Positions 9,294 to 18,645 of a stretch of DNA of 64,000 nt are shown piece after piece. Source of the stretch: a virus; the IMG/VR virus record IMGVR_UViG_3300021171_000008, positions 14,423 through 78,422 of that record; one strand, 5' to 3'. The first letter of the stretch is position 1; the number at the start of each line of letters is the position of its first letter. Both the position numbers and the translations under genes were made by a program. The notes beneath the pieces are model-generated. The model was not told the DNA's origin and did no database searches. It worked only from the letters and a program-made list of their open reading frames with translations.

Positions 9294-9820
9294 GCGCCAC
9301 TCAGAGCTTCAAGGACTTGGGCGAACGAATGATGATCCTCAAGGACATTGCCTTGCGCCTTCTCAAGCCACTCGCGGCTCTCCATCATGTATGGCGGGAT
9401 CAGCACGAGCCCCTTCTCCCCGTCGAAGCGGACGAGCCCGACGAATCCGGTGCGCCGAATCAGCCATGCCCGCAGCTCGGGGTCCCGGTGGGCGTCAGGG
9501 TATTTCGGATCACACCAGATCTGGATGGCGGGGATTCGGACCTCGCCGAACTTGGGGTCCTGTGCCGTCACATAGTCCGGCATGATATCGATTACGTAAT
9601 GGCTTCGATCCGGGCGGCGCAGATCGCTCGCGTCATCGCCCTGAAGCCAGACGCAATTCCACATGCCGCATTCCCAGGGAAAGCCTAGCTCCGGCTTGTG
9701 GTAGACGGCGCACCCCTTCCCGTGGCGTTGATGCTGGCAGCGCGTGTTCGAGGGCTTGTTGATGCCTTTGACGGGCAGCAAGCGGCAGCAAAGGGTACAG
9801 CTCCCGCATTCTCGACTCAT
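9290..9820 (-). CDS. YkgJ-like CxxCxxCC cysteine-cluster protein
   Basis: MSRECGSCTLCC...C....GCAVY...P.EC..W.C.W. Confidence 0.7.
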   Translation of the reverse strand: MSRECGSCTLCCRLLPVKGINKPSNTRCQHQRHGKGCAVYHKPELGFPWECGMWNCVWLQGDDASDLRRPDRSHYVIDIMPDYVTAQDPKFGEVRIPAIQIWCDPKYPDAHRDPELRAWLIRRTGFVGLVRFDGEKGLVLIPPYMMESREWLEKAQGNVLEDHHSFAQVLEALSGA

Positions 9821-9855
9821 GTCATTCCCCTTGGGCCGCCGCACGGCCCCGTTGT

Positions 9856-10413
9856 TCAGAGCGTGTCGTCGCCCTGGATGTCGATTGTGCCGAACATGGC
9901 CTCGTGGCGTCCCGGCGCGCAATTGCAGATGAAGGCGTCCATCCGCCGCATCGCGACTTGCAAACTATCCGAGATCACGGGCATCAGCGGCGGCTCGCTC
10001 GGTGCTGGCGGCAGCGGCAAATGCCGAGGCGCTTGCGATCGATGGTCGCTGCTCCGGTAGCTCTCCAGCTGCGCTTGGCTCCTGATGTAGTCGCGTTCGA
10101 GCTGGAGGCGTGTGCGCTGTTCCTCCACGAACATGCGGAGGAGCGCATCGTGCGCCTGTCGGAGGCGCCGCAGCTCTTCGTTCTCCACCTCCGCGTGCGG
10201 CTGATATGGCGACGTGATCGTGCGCAGCTGGGCATCGCTTTGGTCGCGATCGGCGCGGGCCGCGTCGCGGGCCGCCTCGCAAATGCGCAGCTTCTCCTTC
10301 AGCTCGGCGATGTAGGTGAGCAGCGTCTTGTTCGGGTCCAGCTCGGGCCGCTTTGGCCGCGAGAGAATCGCGCTCCCAACGAGCGACAGTATGAATGCGA
10401 GTGGTCCTGTCAT
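9856..10413 (-). CDS. Coiled-coil hypothetical protein with N-terminal hydrophobic anchor
   Basis: GGAGGAG RBS; helical heptad-rich sequence. Confidence 0.5.
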   Translation of the reverse strand: MTGPLAFILSLVGSAILSRPKRPELDPNKTLLTYIAELKEKLRICEAARDAARADRDQSDAQLRTITSPYQPHAEVENEELRRLRQAHDALLRMFVEEQRTRLQLERDYIRSQAQLESYRSSDHRSQAPRHLPLPPAPSEPPLMPVISDSLQVAMRRMDAFICNCAPGRHEAMFGTIDIQGDDTL

Positions 10414-10426
10414 GTGCTCTCCTCCT

Positions 10427-10648
10427 TCAGTAACCATTTCCTCGACTTGCTTCGACCCGACCATTCCCTTGCCCCTTTCTTTCCAGCGCCTCCAGCCGCG
10501 CCGTCATCCACTCCACCTCGCGCCGATAGACGATCAGCGCGGCTAGCGTGGCCTGGGTCGCTTTCTGTGTGCGCCATGCGTACCAAGCGCTCCCGGCGAC
10601 CATGACCAGAATCCAGATTTGCAACGCGAGAGTCGTCCACTGGATCAT
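10427..10648 (-). CDS. Small membrane hypothetical protein
   Basis: ATG overlaps the upstream stop; N-terminal TM helix. Confidence 0.45.
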   Translation of the reverse strand: MIQWTTLALQIWILVMVAGSAWYAWRTQKATQATLAALIVYRREVEWMTARLEALERKGQGNGRVEASRGNGY

Positions 10649-10860
10649 TGGATCGACTCGATCCAGTCGATGACCTTCTCCCGGTCCTCGCTCATCGCGT
10701 GCATCGTCCCAGCCAAGACGAAGGCGTGGTGGATCTTCATATCGCGCCGCCGGTTGACCTCGACGCCGATCAGCTGAACTGCATGCTGGAGATCCCCGGC
10801 GCGCGCCAGCTCCAGCGCCCGCGCTTTGAGATCGGCTAGCCATTCCTCCTTCGTCTTCAT
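10645..10860 (-). CDS. Hypothetical protein
   Basis: Coupled to the recT stop (TAATG). Confidence 0.5.
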   Translation of the reverse strand: MKTKEEWLADLKARALELARAGDLQHAVQLIGVEVNRRRDMKIHHAFVLAGTMHAMSEDREKVIDWIESIQ

Positions 10861-12140
10861 TAAGCCCCCACCTTGTCAGCGACGACGCGCCATGCTTTCA
10901 ACTGCGCCAACGAGATCCGAGCCATCTCGTCCGGGGGTAATTCGTTCACCCATTTCTCAAGTTCAGGGCGGCCCTTTTGGGCCATGTTCGCGCCGCGCAT
11001 CTCGATCGACGGCGTCAGGAGATCGGAACGCTCGGTGCGTTTACGGGATGTCCCACCGGGAGCTTGCGAGGGGGTTTTCGCCGCTCCCGGTGGCGCTTGC
11101 GAACCGGATAATTGCGGCTGATCCGGCTCGGGCGTGACGACCGAAGAGCGGGGAGCCCCCTGGTCGCCAGCATCCGGAGCCGGGGGAATCTCGGCCCCAG
11201 ATTCAGATAGTTGCGCGGCCCCCTCGGAAGCCCCGGCGCCTACTCCGGAAACATCGTCATGGGGGGCCGCGCGTTCCTCGGACGCAGGAGTCGCCACGTC
11301 GTCGGAAGCTGGAAATTCGCCGGTCTCGGGATCGACTCCTACGAGAAAGTCTAGGCGGTCTGACAGTACGCGCGGCGCCTGAACCCGGTCCGCGCGATCG
11401 CGGTCAACATCATATAGCTCATCATCCCGCGATAACAAACCAAGGATGTCGCTCGACATTGGGAGCTGCTTGGCATGACGCCGCGCGACCGTTTTTTTCG
11501 CCATCTCGGCGAACGATCGCCGCCACGCGGGCGAGAACTCGCCCTTGCGGTTCTTCCGCGCATAGGTATCGCGAACCAGCTCGACCTCGGCGCGGGTCAT
11601 GACGTCGCGCGACTTGTCCCCACCCTTTATCGTCGCGACGGAATAGACATGGGTGAGGACACCATGGTCGAGATGTTGACGCAGGCGCTTGTTGAAAGCG
11701 GCCTCGTCTTCGTCCGTGCCACGCTCCAGCGTGGGGGCCATGTAGGGCTTGTGGCGGATGAACGGGGTATCGCCCAGCTCGTAGTCGAAGTGATCCTTGG
11801 AGAAGACTGCCGTCACATCCCATGAGGTGACGTCGCCCGACCGGCGGACCTTCTTTCTGACGCCGGCAACCATCGGCATCCAAGTGACTTGACCGTCGAA
11901 GGCAACCAGGGCGCCGTCATGCCCGTCCGGCACCAGCCCGTCGCTCGCCGCCTTCATGGCCGCGTTCATCAGGCTGCGTCGGTTGGCGTTGAGCAGCTCC
12001 GGGTTGAGCGCGATCGCTGTCATGATGACGCGAACGAACTTTTTCGGGCTGATGCCGGACCCGGCCAGCGCCGCCTCGAACTGGCTTACGCGCTGGCCCA
12101 GCTCCTGCGCGATCGTGAGATCTCTAGACTCCGCCATCAT
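10860..12140 (-). CDS. recT: RecT-family single-strand annealing recombinase with disordered C-terminal extension
   Basis: KFVRVIMTAI..NPEL....SLM.A...AA.DGL.PDG and FAEMAKKTV.RR..KQLPMS motifs; next to a YqaJ exonuclease. Confidence 0.88.
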   Translation of the reverse strand: MMAESRDLTIAQELGQRVSQFEAALAGSGISPKKFVRVIMTAIALNPELLNANRRSLMNAAMKAASDGLVPDGHDGALVAFDGQVTWMPMVAGVRKKVRRSGDVTSWDVTAVFSKDHFDYELGDTPFIRHKPYMAPTLERGTDEDEAAFNKRLRQHLDHGVLTHVYSVATIKGGDKSRDVMTRAEVELVRDTYARKNRKGEFSPAWRRSFAEMAKKTVARRHAKQLPMSSDILGLLSRDDELYDVDRDRADRVQAPRVLSDRLDFLVGVDPETGEFPASDDVATPASEERAAPHDDVSGVGAGASEGAAQLSESGAEIPPAPDAGDQGAPRSSVVTPEPDQPQLSGSQAPPGAAKTPSQAPGGTSRKRTERSDLLTPSIEMRGANMAQKGRPELEKWVNELPPDEMARISLAQLKAWRVVADKVGA

Positions 12141-13068
12141 CGATTCCTTTGACCGAAACTTGCGGGTATTGCGTCGGCTTCACGGTGTAAGATTTCTTTT
12201 TAATTACTTTCACCGTCACCACGCGCGAACCGCAGCGCGCGCCAGGAGCATTGGCCAACTTCATCATGATCCGCGCGTCGAGGATCTTGCGCTGATCCGT
12301 CGCGTCCGCGCCCGCCTTTTCGACCTGCTTAAATTGGGCTCGATCGTTGAGGATGTCGCGAAACTCGCCATCGTCCGACAGATCGATGATCGGCCCGGAG
12401 CCTTCCTCGTAGAGGTCGAAGACGGTCTTCCGATCTTTCCCGAAATCCGGGTCATAGGGCTCGTCCTCGGCCACGCGGCGCCAGAACTCGCCAACCAGAT
12501 CCTCGATTCGGTGAATCAGGTGGGGCTTGAGCGGGATGTCGATGTAGAGCACCTCGATGCCGCCGTCGCCAAGCTTCATCGCCGCCACGCCAGCCCAGGA
12601 CGCGCCGATCAGATAGGCCTCGATCGAGGCCTGGACGGCCACCCAGGTAGGCACCGCGATGTCGCCGTGCTCATCGTGCCAGCGGCGCTTGAACGCGAAC
12701 TGGCCGACCGTTTTGATCTGGACGGTCCCTCGGCCGTAATCGGTGGGCCGGGTGGCGTAGACGTCCGGCGTGGCGCCGATCCGCGTCGAATCGTCCCAGT
12801 AATAGACGTTGGCTGGGCTAAGGTGCCAGTCGGGGTAATCCTCCTTTAAGATCTCGATGACGATTGGCTCGAACAGCCGTCCCCGCCGCAGGATCTTGCT
12901 GTCACCGGGCTCTGGGATCTTCTCGCACTTCAGCGCCCAGAGTTTGTAAGGCGTCAAAAACGGATGGATCTCCGGGCCGAACAGCGCCGCGATCTCGCTG
13001 GCGTTGACGTTCTGCTTTCGCCGCGCGAGCCATTCCTCGCGGGAAGACACTGGCCAGCTATGGATCAT
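12124..13068 (-). CDS. YqaJ/lambda-exonuclease-family viral recombinase nuclease
   Basis: REEWLARRK..VNASEIAA..G...F.TPY.LW..K, G...EP, GATPD and QIKT motifs. Confidence 0.88.
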   Translation of the reverse strand: MIHSWPVSSREEWLARRKQNVNASEIAALFGPEIHPFLTPYKLWALKCEKIPEPGDSKILRRGRLFEPIVIEILKEDYPDWHLSPANVYYWDDSTRIGATPDVYATRPTDYGRGTVQIKTVGQFAFKRRWHDEHGDIAVPTWVAVQASIEAYLIGASWAGVAAMKLGDGGIEVLYIDIPLKPHLIHRIEDLVGEFWRRVAEDEPYDPDFGKDRKTVFDLYEEGSGPIIDLSDDGEFRDILNDRAQFKQVEKAGADATDQRKILDARIMMKLANAPGARCGSRVVTVKVIKKKSYTVKPTQYPQVSVKGIDDGGV

Positions 13069-13493
13069 TCAGCCTTCACCGCGCGCGTCTTCTGGTTAAC
13101 GAGGTATTTGCGAACCATCGCCCGATGCCCGATTTCGGCGTCCTCCCAGCTGCTGTAGCGCTCACAATCGAGCGATGTCGGATAATAGATCCGCTCGCCA
13201 TAGGCCCCCTCGAACCATTTGCCTTCCTCGATAAAGGCCATGGACTCGAACACGAGCGGCGGCCCGCCGCCCATGTGCCGGTGATCGAGGCCCAAGAAAA
13301 CGGTGCTCACGTACTTGGTCTTGTTGCCGGTGAAGGCGACTTGACGATGCCCAACATCGTTGAGCCACTCGCCCCATTGGGTGAGCGAATAGCAGGGGAT
13401 CGGCGTGCGCCCCTCTTCGCCGCCGAGGATGTACTGGCCCAGCCATGGCATGTCTGGAAAGTCATCCAGCATGCGCGGTTTGCGTCGGCCCAT
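13065..13493 (-). CDS. Conserved phage hypothetical protein
   Basis: VSTVFLGLDH....GPPLVFESM.F...ERYSSWEDAE.GH motif, common in phages. Confidence 0.6.
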   Translation of the reverse strand: MGRRKPRMLDDFPDMPWLGQYILGGEEGRTPIPCYSLTQWGEWLNDVGHRQVAFTGNKTKYVSTVFLGLDHRHMGGGPPLVFESMAFIEEGKWFEGAYGERIYYPTSLDCERYSSWEDAEIGHRAMVRKYLVNQKTRAVKAE

Positions 13494-13884
13494 CGTTCAG
13501 ACTCCAGAATCTGCCATCTCGGACGATCTTCCCCTGTTTTTGCCATTGCGAGATCAGGCTGTTCAGCGAGCTTTCGGAGAGCCCGCCCGCCGCAAGGGCC
13601 GTCCTTAGATCGCCCCAGCGTTTCGGTCCCGTCCGCAGCGCAGCCTCGACTACCTCTTGGCGCTTGCCAGGAACCGCAGCCCTACGCTTCGGCGTGGCGA
13701 CCTTCTTGTAGAGGTTCTCGTCGATCATCTTGCGGGTGTGCGCGTAGCCTGACTCTTGCGGCGTTGGCTGAGACGCAGGCCAGAGCTTCAGCTCCGGATC
13801 GTAATCGAGCTTGCCGCCAAAGGCGGCTGCGACGACATCAGGCAGGCGGGTGGCGCTGACCAAAAATTGAACGCGATATTTCAT
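13462..13884 (-). CDS. Hypothetical protein, possible C-terminal wHTH
   Basis: GGAGTCGA RBS before ATG 13884; first gene of the leftward operon. Confidence 0.55.
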   Translation of the reverse strand: MKYRVQFLVSATRLPDVVAAAFGGKLDYDPELKLWPASQPTPQESGYAHTRKMIDENLYKKVATPKRRAAVPGKRQEVVEAALRTGPKRWGDLRTALAAGGLSESSLNSLISQWQKQGKIVRDGRFWSLNDGPTQTAHAG

Positions 13885-14049
13885 GTTCGACTCCCTGCGG
13901 GGGCGGCCCACATAAAGGCCGCCCCCGACCTCCCACGGACCGCTCAGCTCATTGGCGCGCGCCTAAGCGGCCACTTCGCTGCCGTTCCCGACGACCAGCG
14001 CATCGAATCGGCCGAACGAGCTGAACGATGGGCACGCCTATCTTGCCGG

Positions 14050-14104
14050 TTGCACCAACTGCAAGTCAATCGAATTTGCATTCGGCGCAAGAACGCCTAT
14101 CTTT
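14050..14104. promoter_or_regulatory. Divergent promoter region with two TTGCA-N5-TGCAA-type operators
   Basis: Perfect palindrome at 14050-14064, near-copy at 14076-14090; TTGCAT-N16-TATCTT rightward and TTGACT leftward. Confidence 0.6.
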
Positions 14105-14111
14105 CGCCGCC

Positions 14112-14327
14112 ATGCGACTGAGCGTGTATCTCGCCAAGAATCAGCTGAACCCCGAGCAGTTCGCTGCGCGGGTAGGGGTCCACCCTACGACTATCTACCG
14201 GCTGCTATCCGGCGCGACGATTCCTAAGCGGCAAAATCTGAAGAAAATCTTGGCTGCGACCGAGGGCGAGGTCGACATTAGCGATCTGATGTTCGCGGTC
14301 TCCCAGGTCGGCAAGGAGGCAGTATGA
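14112..14327 (+). CDS. Cro-like XRE helix-turn-helix regulator
   Basis: MRLSVYL...LNPEQFAARVGVHPTTIYRLLSGATIP...I..AT.GEV...DL. Confidence 0.85.
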   Translation: MRLSVYLAKNQLNPEQFAARVGVHPTTIYRLLSGATIPKRQNLKKILAATEGEVDISDLMFAVSQVGKEAV

Positions 14328-14767
14328 CCGATCGACCGAATGGGCCAACTCAAGAGGAAACCGAGGAAGTCGTCCAGGCGATCGAAGGCTATATGGCCGA
14401 TCTCCTGTCGGAGAAAGCGCTCTACATGTCGCGCTGCAAACCCCTCCATGAGGCCATCAAGGACACGATCGAAGACGCCGTCAAAACCAAGGGTTTCGAC
14501 AAGAAGGCGTTGAAGGTGGGCGTGAAGCAGCGCGAATACCTAAGAAAAATGGAGAAATTGGAGAACGAGCTGGACGAGGTCACGCAGACCGCGCTCGATC
14601 GCCTCCAGAGCCAACTCGGAACGTTCTCTGATTCGCCGCTCGGCAGGGCCGCCATGGACGCGGCGAAAGCTGGCACGGCGCGGCGCCCGCGCAAGAGGCG
14701 CGACCCCATCGATGAGCTGGTGCGCGAGGAAGACCAGCCGCCGGAAGACGCCGCCGCCGCCGAATAA
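14324..14767 (+). CDS. GapR-like (DUF2312/UPF0335-related) DNA-binding protein
   Basis: IKD....A.K.KGFDKKALK..VK.R and LG.F.DSPLG pattern of phage GapR homologues. Confidence 0.6.
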   Translation: MTDRPNGPTQEETEEVVQAIEGYMADLLSEKALYMSRCKPLHEAIKDTIEDAVKTKGFDKKALKVGVKQREYLRKMEKLENELDEVTQTALDRLQSQLGTFSDSPLGRAAMDAAKAGTARRPRKRRDPIDELVREEDQPPEDAAAAE

Positions 14768-14778
14768 CCGGGGCGGCC

Positions 14779-15336
14779 ATGACCAAGATCCTGGCGATCG
14801 ACTGCGCGACGCAATGCGGCCTCGCTTCCGGCGAGCCGGGAGAAACTCCACGACTCGAAACCGTTCACTTTGGGGATAACGGGGACAACCATTTGCAGGT
14901 TGGCGCCCAGTGCTTGAAGTGGATCGCCTTTCGGCTGTCTGATGACCGTCCGGACGAGATCTGGATGGAGGAGCCGTTGGCGTTCAGTGGGAAGGAAGGC
15001 GAAACGAGCGCCGCGTCCCGCGTGCGGCTTAACGGCCTTTACATGATCATCGGCGCGGCGGCGCGCCTCAAGGGCGTGCCTGTGCATCCCGTCAAGATCA
15101 CGACCGCCCGCAAGGGGTTTCTGGGCCATGGCGGGCTCAAGCGCGCTGTGGCGAAGAAGCGCTCTCGCGCGATGTGCCGGTTGCTCGGCTGGACCCCTCA
15201 GAACGACGACGAAGCGGACGCCGGCTGCATATTCTGGTTCGCCGGCCTCGCCCACGGCAAGCCCACGCCGATCTCCAAGCTCATGCAGAAGCAGATCGTC
15301 GAGGTTGTCCCGTTCCGGCGGCGGGTAGCCGCATGA
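14779..15336 (+). CDS. RuvC-like Holliday junction resolvase
   Basis: ILAID..T.CG.A, EEP and DDEADA acidic catalytic motifs. Confidence 0.75.
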   Translation: MTKILAIDCATQCGLASGEPGETPRLETVHFGDNGDNHLQVGAQCLKWIAFRLSDDRPDEIWMEEPLAFSGKEGETSAASRVRLNGLYMIIGAAARLKGVPVHPVKITTARKGFLGHGGLKRAVAKKRSRAMCRLLGWTPQNDDEADAGCIFWFAGLAHGKPTPISKLMQKQIVEVVPFRRRVAA

Positions 15337-16052
15337 CCGAGACGGAAGACTGGCACGCTCTGAATAAGCGCTATGTCGCGTTCATGATGACCGATCTGGG
15401 CAAGCTCTATCGCGCTTACGACAAGGCTCTGATCGACTATTGGCGGCATGAGCGAGACGACAACATCTCGCACAATATGCGCAAGGAATTGGAGGAGTGC
15501 TGTCGGGAGGCGACTAACGCCTTTGTCGCTCAGCTGATGGAGCTGGCGAATGTCTGACACGAGCATCATCGATCGCAAGGCTGACGAGGCGGCCAAGGAC
15601 GTCAAGCGCGAGCGCATGCTTGAGTTCATTCGCGACACGCTGATCGAGCGCGCCTACGGGCTGCGCACCGGCTTTGAGGCCAATTCATTCCTGTACTGCC
15701 AGAGCCCCGAAGGCAAAGAACACTTGAAGCGGCTGATCGCCATGGAGGCGGCGGCCGACGTTTTCACGCACCTCGTCGGCCAGTGGCAGAGCGCCGACGA
15801 GAGGCACCCGCGCCCGGAGTGGCTGAAGACGATCGCCCGACAGGCGATGGCCACCTTTATCGAGGCGTTTCAGTGACGCTGCCAAAGGAGGTTTGGGACC
15901 ATGGACCGACGCTGACGCGAAAGCAGAGTGAGTTCTATCAGCCGCGCAAATCGCGCGAGGCCACCCAGGTCTACGATCGCGCAGCGGTGCAGGAATATCT
16001 CAGCGGGAAGATACCCCGCGAGGAGATGCTGAGACGAATAAGAAGACGTTGA
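15333..16052 (+). CDS. Cluster of small hypothetical genes (15333-15557, 15550-15876, ~15873-16052)
   Basis: Overlapping start/stop codons, phage-like codon use. Confidence 0.5.
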
Positions 16053-16086
16053 ACTTAGCGCCCAAATTCGGAAGGCGGACCGAGAG

Positions 16087-17283
16087 ATGGCGCGTGCAAG
16101 TAGGGCAGAATGGGAGAACTGGATCGCGCTCGCCCGAACGCGGGACATCCATGATGTCGCGGTCGAATATGGCGCCCATCTAAAGCGCGATGGCCATGAG
16201 TGGATCGGCCCCTGCCCCATCTGCGGCGGGCGAGACCGCTTCGCCGTCAACCAGCAGAAGCGCATCTTCAATTGCCGAGGCTCGGGCGAGGGCACGTATG
16301 GCGCCGGCGATTCCATCAACTTGGTCATGCACGTCGTCGGTTGCGATTTCATCGAGGCGGTCGAGCGCATCACCGGCACGCCGCGACCGGACCGGACCCG
16401 CGACGAGAACGCGGACGAGCGCAAGAAGCGGGAGCTACGGCACCGCGCGCTGGCGACCGAATACGCCAAGCGCGAGGCGGACGAGCGGGCCGCCATGGAG
16501 CGCAAGGCGGCGCGGGACGAGGCGTCGATCGCCGACATCATCAAGCGCGCTAAGCCGCTCGACGGGACAACCCACGCTGACCACTACATGCGCGTTGCGC
16601 GCCACCTGAATCCGCCGCGTTGGCTTATCGGCGATCTGCGTTTCGTCGCAACCTTAGACTATTGGGGAGCGGGCGATAACGGCAGTAACGAGCCTGTCCT
16701 TCTCGCCAGCGTACCGGCTCTGATCGCGATCATCCGCGACCAGCTCGGCGACGTCATCGGCATCTCGCAGACCTTTCTTGATCCCAACGAGCCCACAAAG
16801 TGGAAGCCAACCGGGAGCCCGCGAAACAGCCCGAAGAAAATTCGCGGGCGTAAACAAGGGGGCATGATCAGGCTGGGTCGCCCAGCTGAAACGATCGCGA
16901 TAGCGGAGGGCTGGGAAAATGCTCTGGCGTGGCATGCGCTTGGGTTGGGGCCGGAAGAGGTCATGCTGGCCGCCGCCGTCGATCTCGGCAACCTAGCAGG
17001 CCGCGCGACCGGGCAGATCGCTCACAAAACGCTGGTCGATCCAGAAGGGCGACCTAGGCGAATGCCGAACGGTCTGCCGGACCCTAAGAGCCCCGGTGTG
17101 ATCCTGCCAGATGGGATCAAAAACGTAATCATCATCGCGGATTCTGACTCCGAAAGCTACGCCACGGCGGCCCTTCTCGCGGTAGCGGTGCGGCGCTTCC
17201 AGGCGCAGGAACTCAACGTCGAGATCAGCTGGCCGCCGACAGGCAAGGATTATAACCAACTTTTGCTGGAGGAGAGTCGATGA
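16087..17283 (+). CDS. DNA primase (N-terminal Zn-binding domain + Toprim)
   Basis: GPCPICGGRDRF.....FNCRG Zn motif; IAEGWENAL and IIADSD Toprim motifs; GKDYN end. Confidence 0.85.
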   Translation: MARASRAEWENWIALARTRDIHDVAVEYGAHLKRDGHEWIGPCPICGGRDRFAVNQQKRIFNCRGSGEGTYGAGDSINLVMHVVGCDFIEAVERITGTPRPDRTRDENADERKKRELRHRALATEYAKREADERAAMERKAARDEASIADIIKRAKPLDGTTHADHYMRVARHLNPPRWLIGDLRFVATLDYWGAGDNGSNEPVLLASVPALIAIIRDQLGDVIGISQTFLDPNEPTKWKPTGSPRNSPKKIRGRKQGGMIRLGRPAETIAIAEGWENALAWHALGLGPEEVMLAAAVDLGNLAGRATGQIAHKTLVDPEGRPRRMPNGLPDPKSPGVILPDGIKNVIIIADSDSESYATAALLAVAVRRFQAQELNVEISWPPTGKDYNQLLLEESR

Positions 17284-17317
17284 CGCCACTTGCACCAACT
17301 GCAAATTTGGCTAGCCT

Positions 17318-18643
17318 ATGACCATCTACCCCGCCGTTCTGGAGCACCCAGTCGGGATCGAATCCGGTGCCGATTTCCTCAAGCGAATCGCTTTCATCTT
17401 CGACCAGCCGGTGAGGAGCAAATTTGGAGCACTTTACTTGGACGAATTGGACAACCCCGGACCCGAACACAACTGGCTCGTACAGGGCTGGTTGGCGGCC
17501 AACGAGGTGAGCGTCGTCGCCGGCGCCTCGCGCTCGGGCAAGAGTTTTCTCGCCCTGGAGACTGGGCTGTGCGTCGCCGAGGCGCGCCCGTTATTCGGGT
17601 TGAAAGTGAAGCATGGCGCCGTGGTCTATCAAGCGGGCGAGGGCGCGATAGGCGTCAAAAAGCGCTTGCGTGCTTGGCGCCAGCATCATGGCCGGGTCTG
17701 GACCCGAGAAACCCCGTTCGTCTTGTTGCAGCGGCCGATCGATATCTATCACTCCACCGAAGAGGTCGATTCGCTGATCAGCGAGATCCTGGCGCACGCG
17801 AAAGTGTTCGAGGACCCGCTCCGGCTCGTCGTCATCGACACCTTAGCGACAGCAACCCCCGGAGCCGATGAAAATTCCGGCCGGGACATGTCGACGGTTC
17901 TCGGGAACGTCGCCAGGATCTGCGACAAGTGCCAGTGCCACGTCATGCTCGTGCATCACTTGAACGCGGCCGGGGGCAAACTGAGGGGCCACACAAGCGT
18001 CTACGCAAATGTTGGTCAGGTGATGCTGGTCGAGCGTGACGAAGACACCGGAATCAGGACGGTCAAGCTCGACAAGCAAAAAGACGACATTGATGGCAAG
18101 GAAATGAAATTCGAGTTGATGCAAGTTGTGATCGGCGTGGACGAGGACGGCGAGAAGATCACGTCCTGCATTTGCCTCCCCGTTGGCGAGAAGGACGCCG
18201 TCCGGCGCGAGGAAGAATTAAAGGGCTTCCGCCTCAATAAGACCCAAGAGGTCTTCATGCAGGCGTTCTTCGACGTCGAGCGCCGATACGGCCAGCCAGT
18301 CCCGCGCGAGGTTTCCTTGCCCGTCTACGTGCGTTCGCTGGCCCCATGGGAAGACGTCAAACGGGTGTATGGCGACATGAGCCCGTCCGACGCCCTCACG
18401 CCAGATCAACAGACGACGGCCGAGGCGGAGATCGCGGACAAGCGCTGGCGCGAGACGATGAAAAAACGAATCCAAAGGATGCGCGAGGATCTGGAAGCGC
18501 TCGGCATCCTGGGCGTCGTGCGCCACGAGGGGCGGACGTTTGTCTACTGGACCGGCAAGCCGCTCCGCGCGTTTCCCGAGACACAACCCCGCCCCAGGAC
18601 CGAGAGCGAAGATTCGGAGCCTGTGGCTGACGTGGAATTTTGA
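17318..18643 (+). CDS. RepA/AAA_25-type replicative helicase
   Basis: Walker A GASRSGKS, VVYQAGEG, Walker B LVVIDT, LVHH...LRGHTS. Confidence 0.88.
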   Translation: MTIYPAVLEHPVGIESGADFLKRIAFIFDQPVRSKFGALYLDELDNPGPEHNWLVQGWLAANEVSVVAGASRSGKSFLALETGLCVAEARPLFGLKVKHGAVVYQAGEGAIGVKKRLRAWRQHHGRVWTRETPFVLLQRPIDIYHSTEEVDSLISEILAHAKVFEDPLRLVVIDTLATATPGADENSGRDMSTVLGNVARICDKCQCHVMLVHHLNAAGGKLRGHTSVYANVGQVMLVERDEDTGIRTVKLDKQKDDIDGKEMKFELMQVVIGVDEDGEKITSCICLPVGEKDAVRREEELKGFRLNKTQEVFMQAFFDVERRYGQPVPREVSLPVYVRSLAPWEDVKRVYGDMSPSDALTPDQQTTAEAEIADKRWRETMKKRIQRMREDLEALGILGVVRHEGRTFVYWTGKPLRAFPETQPRPRTESEDSEPVADVEF

Positions 18644-18645
18644 GC

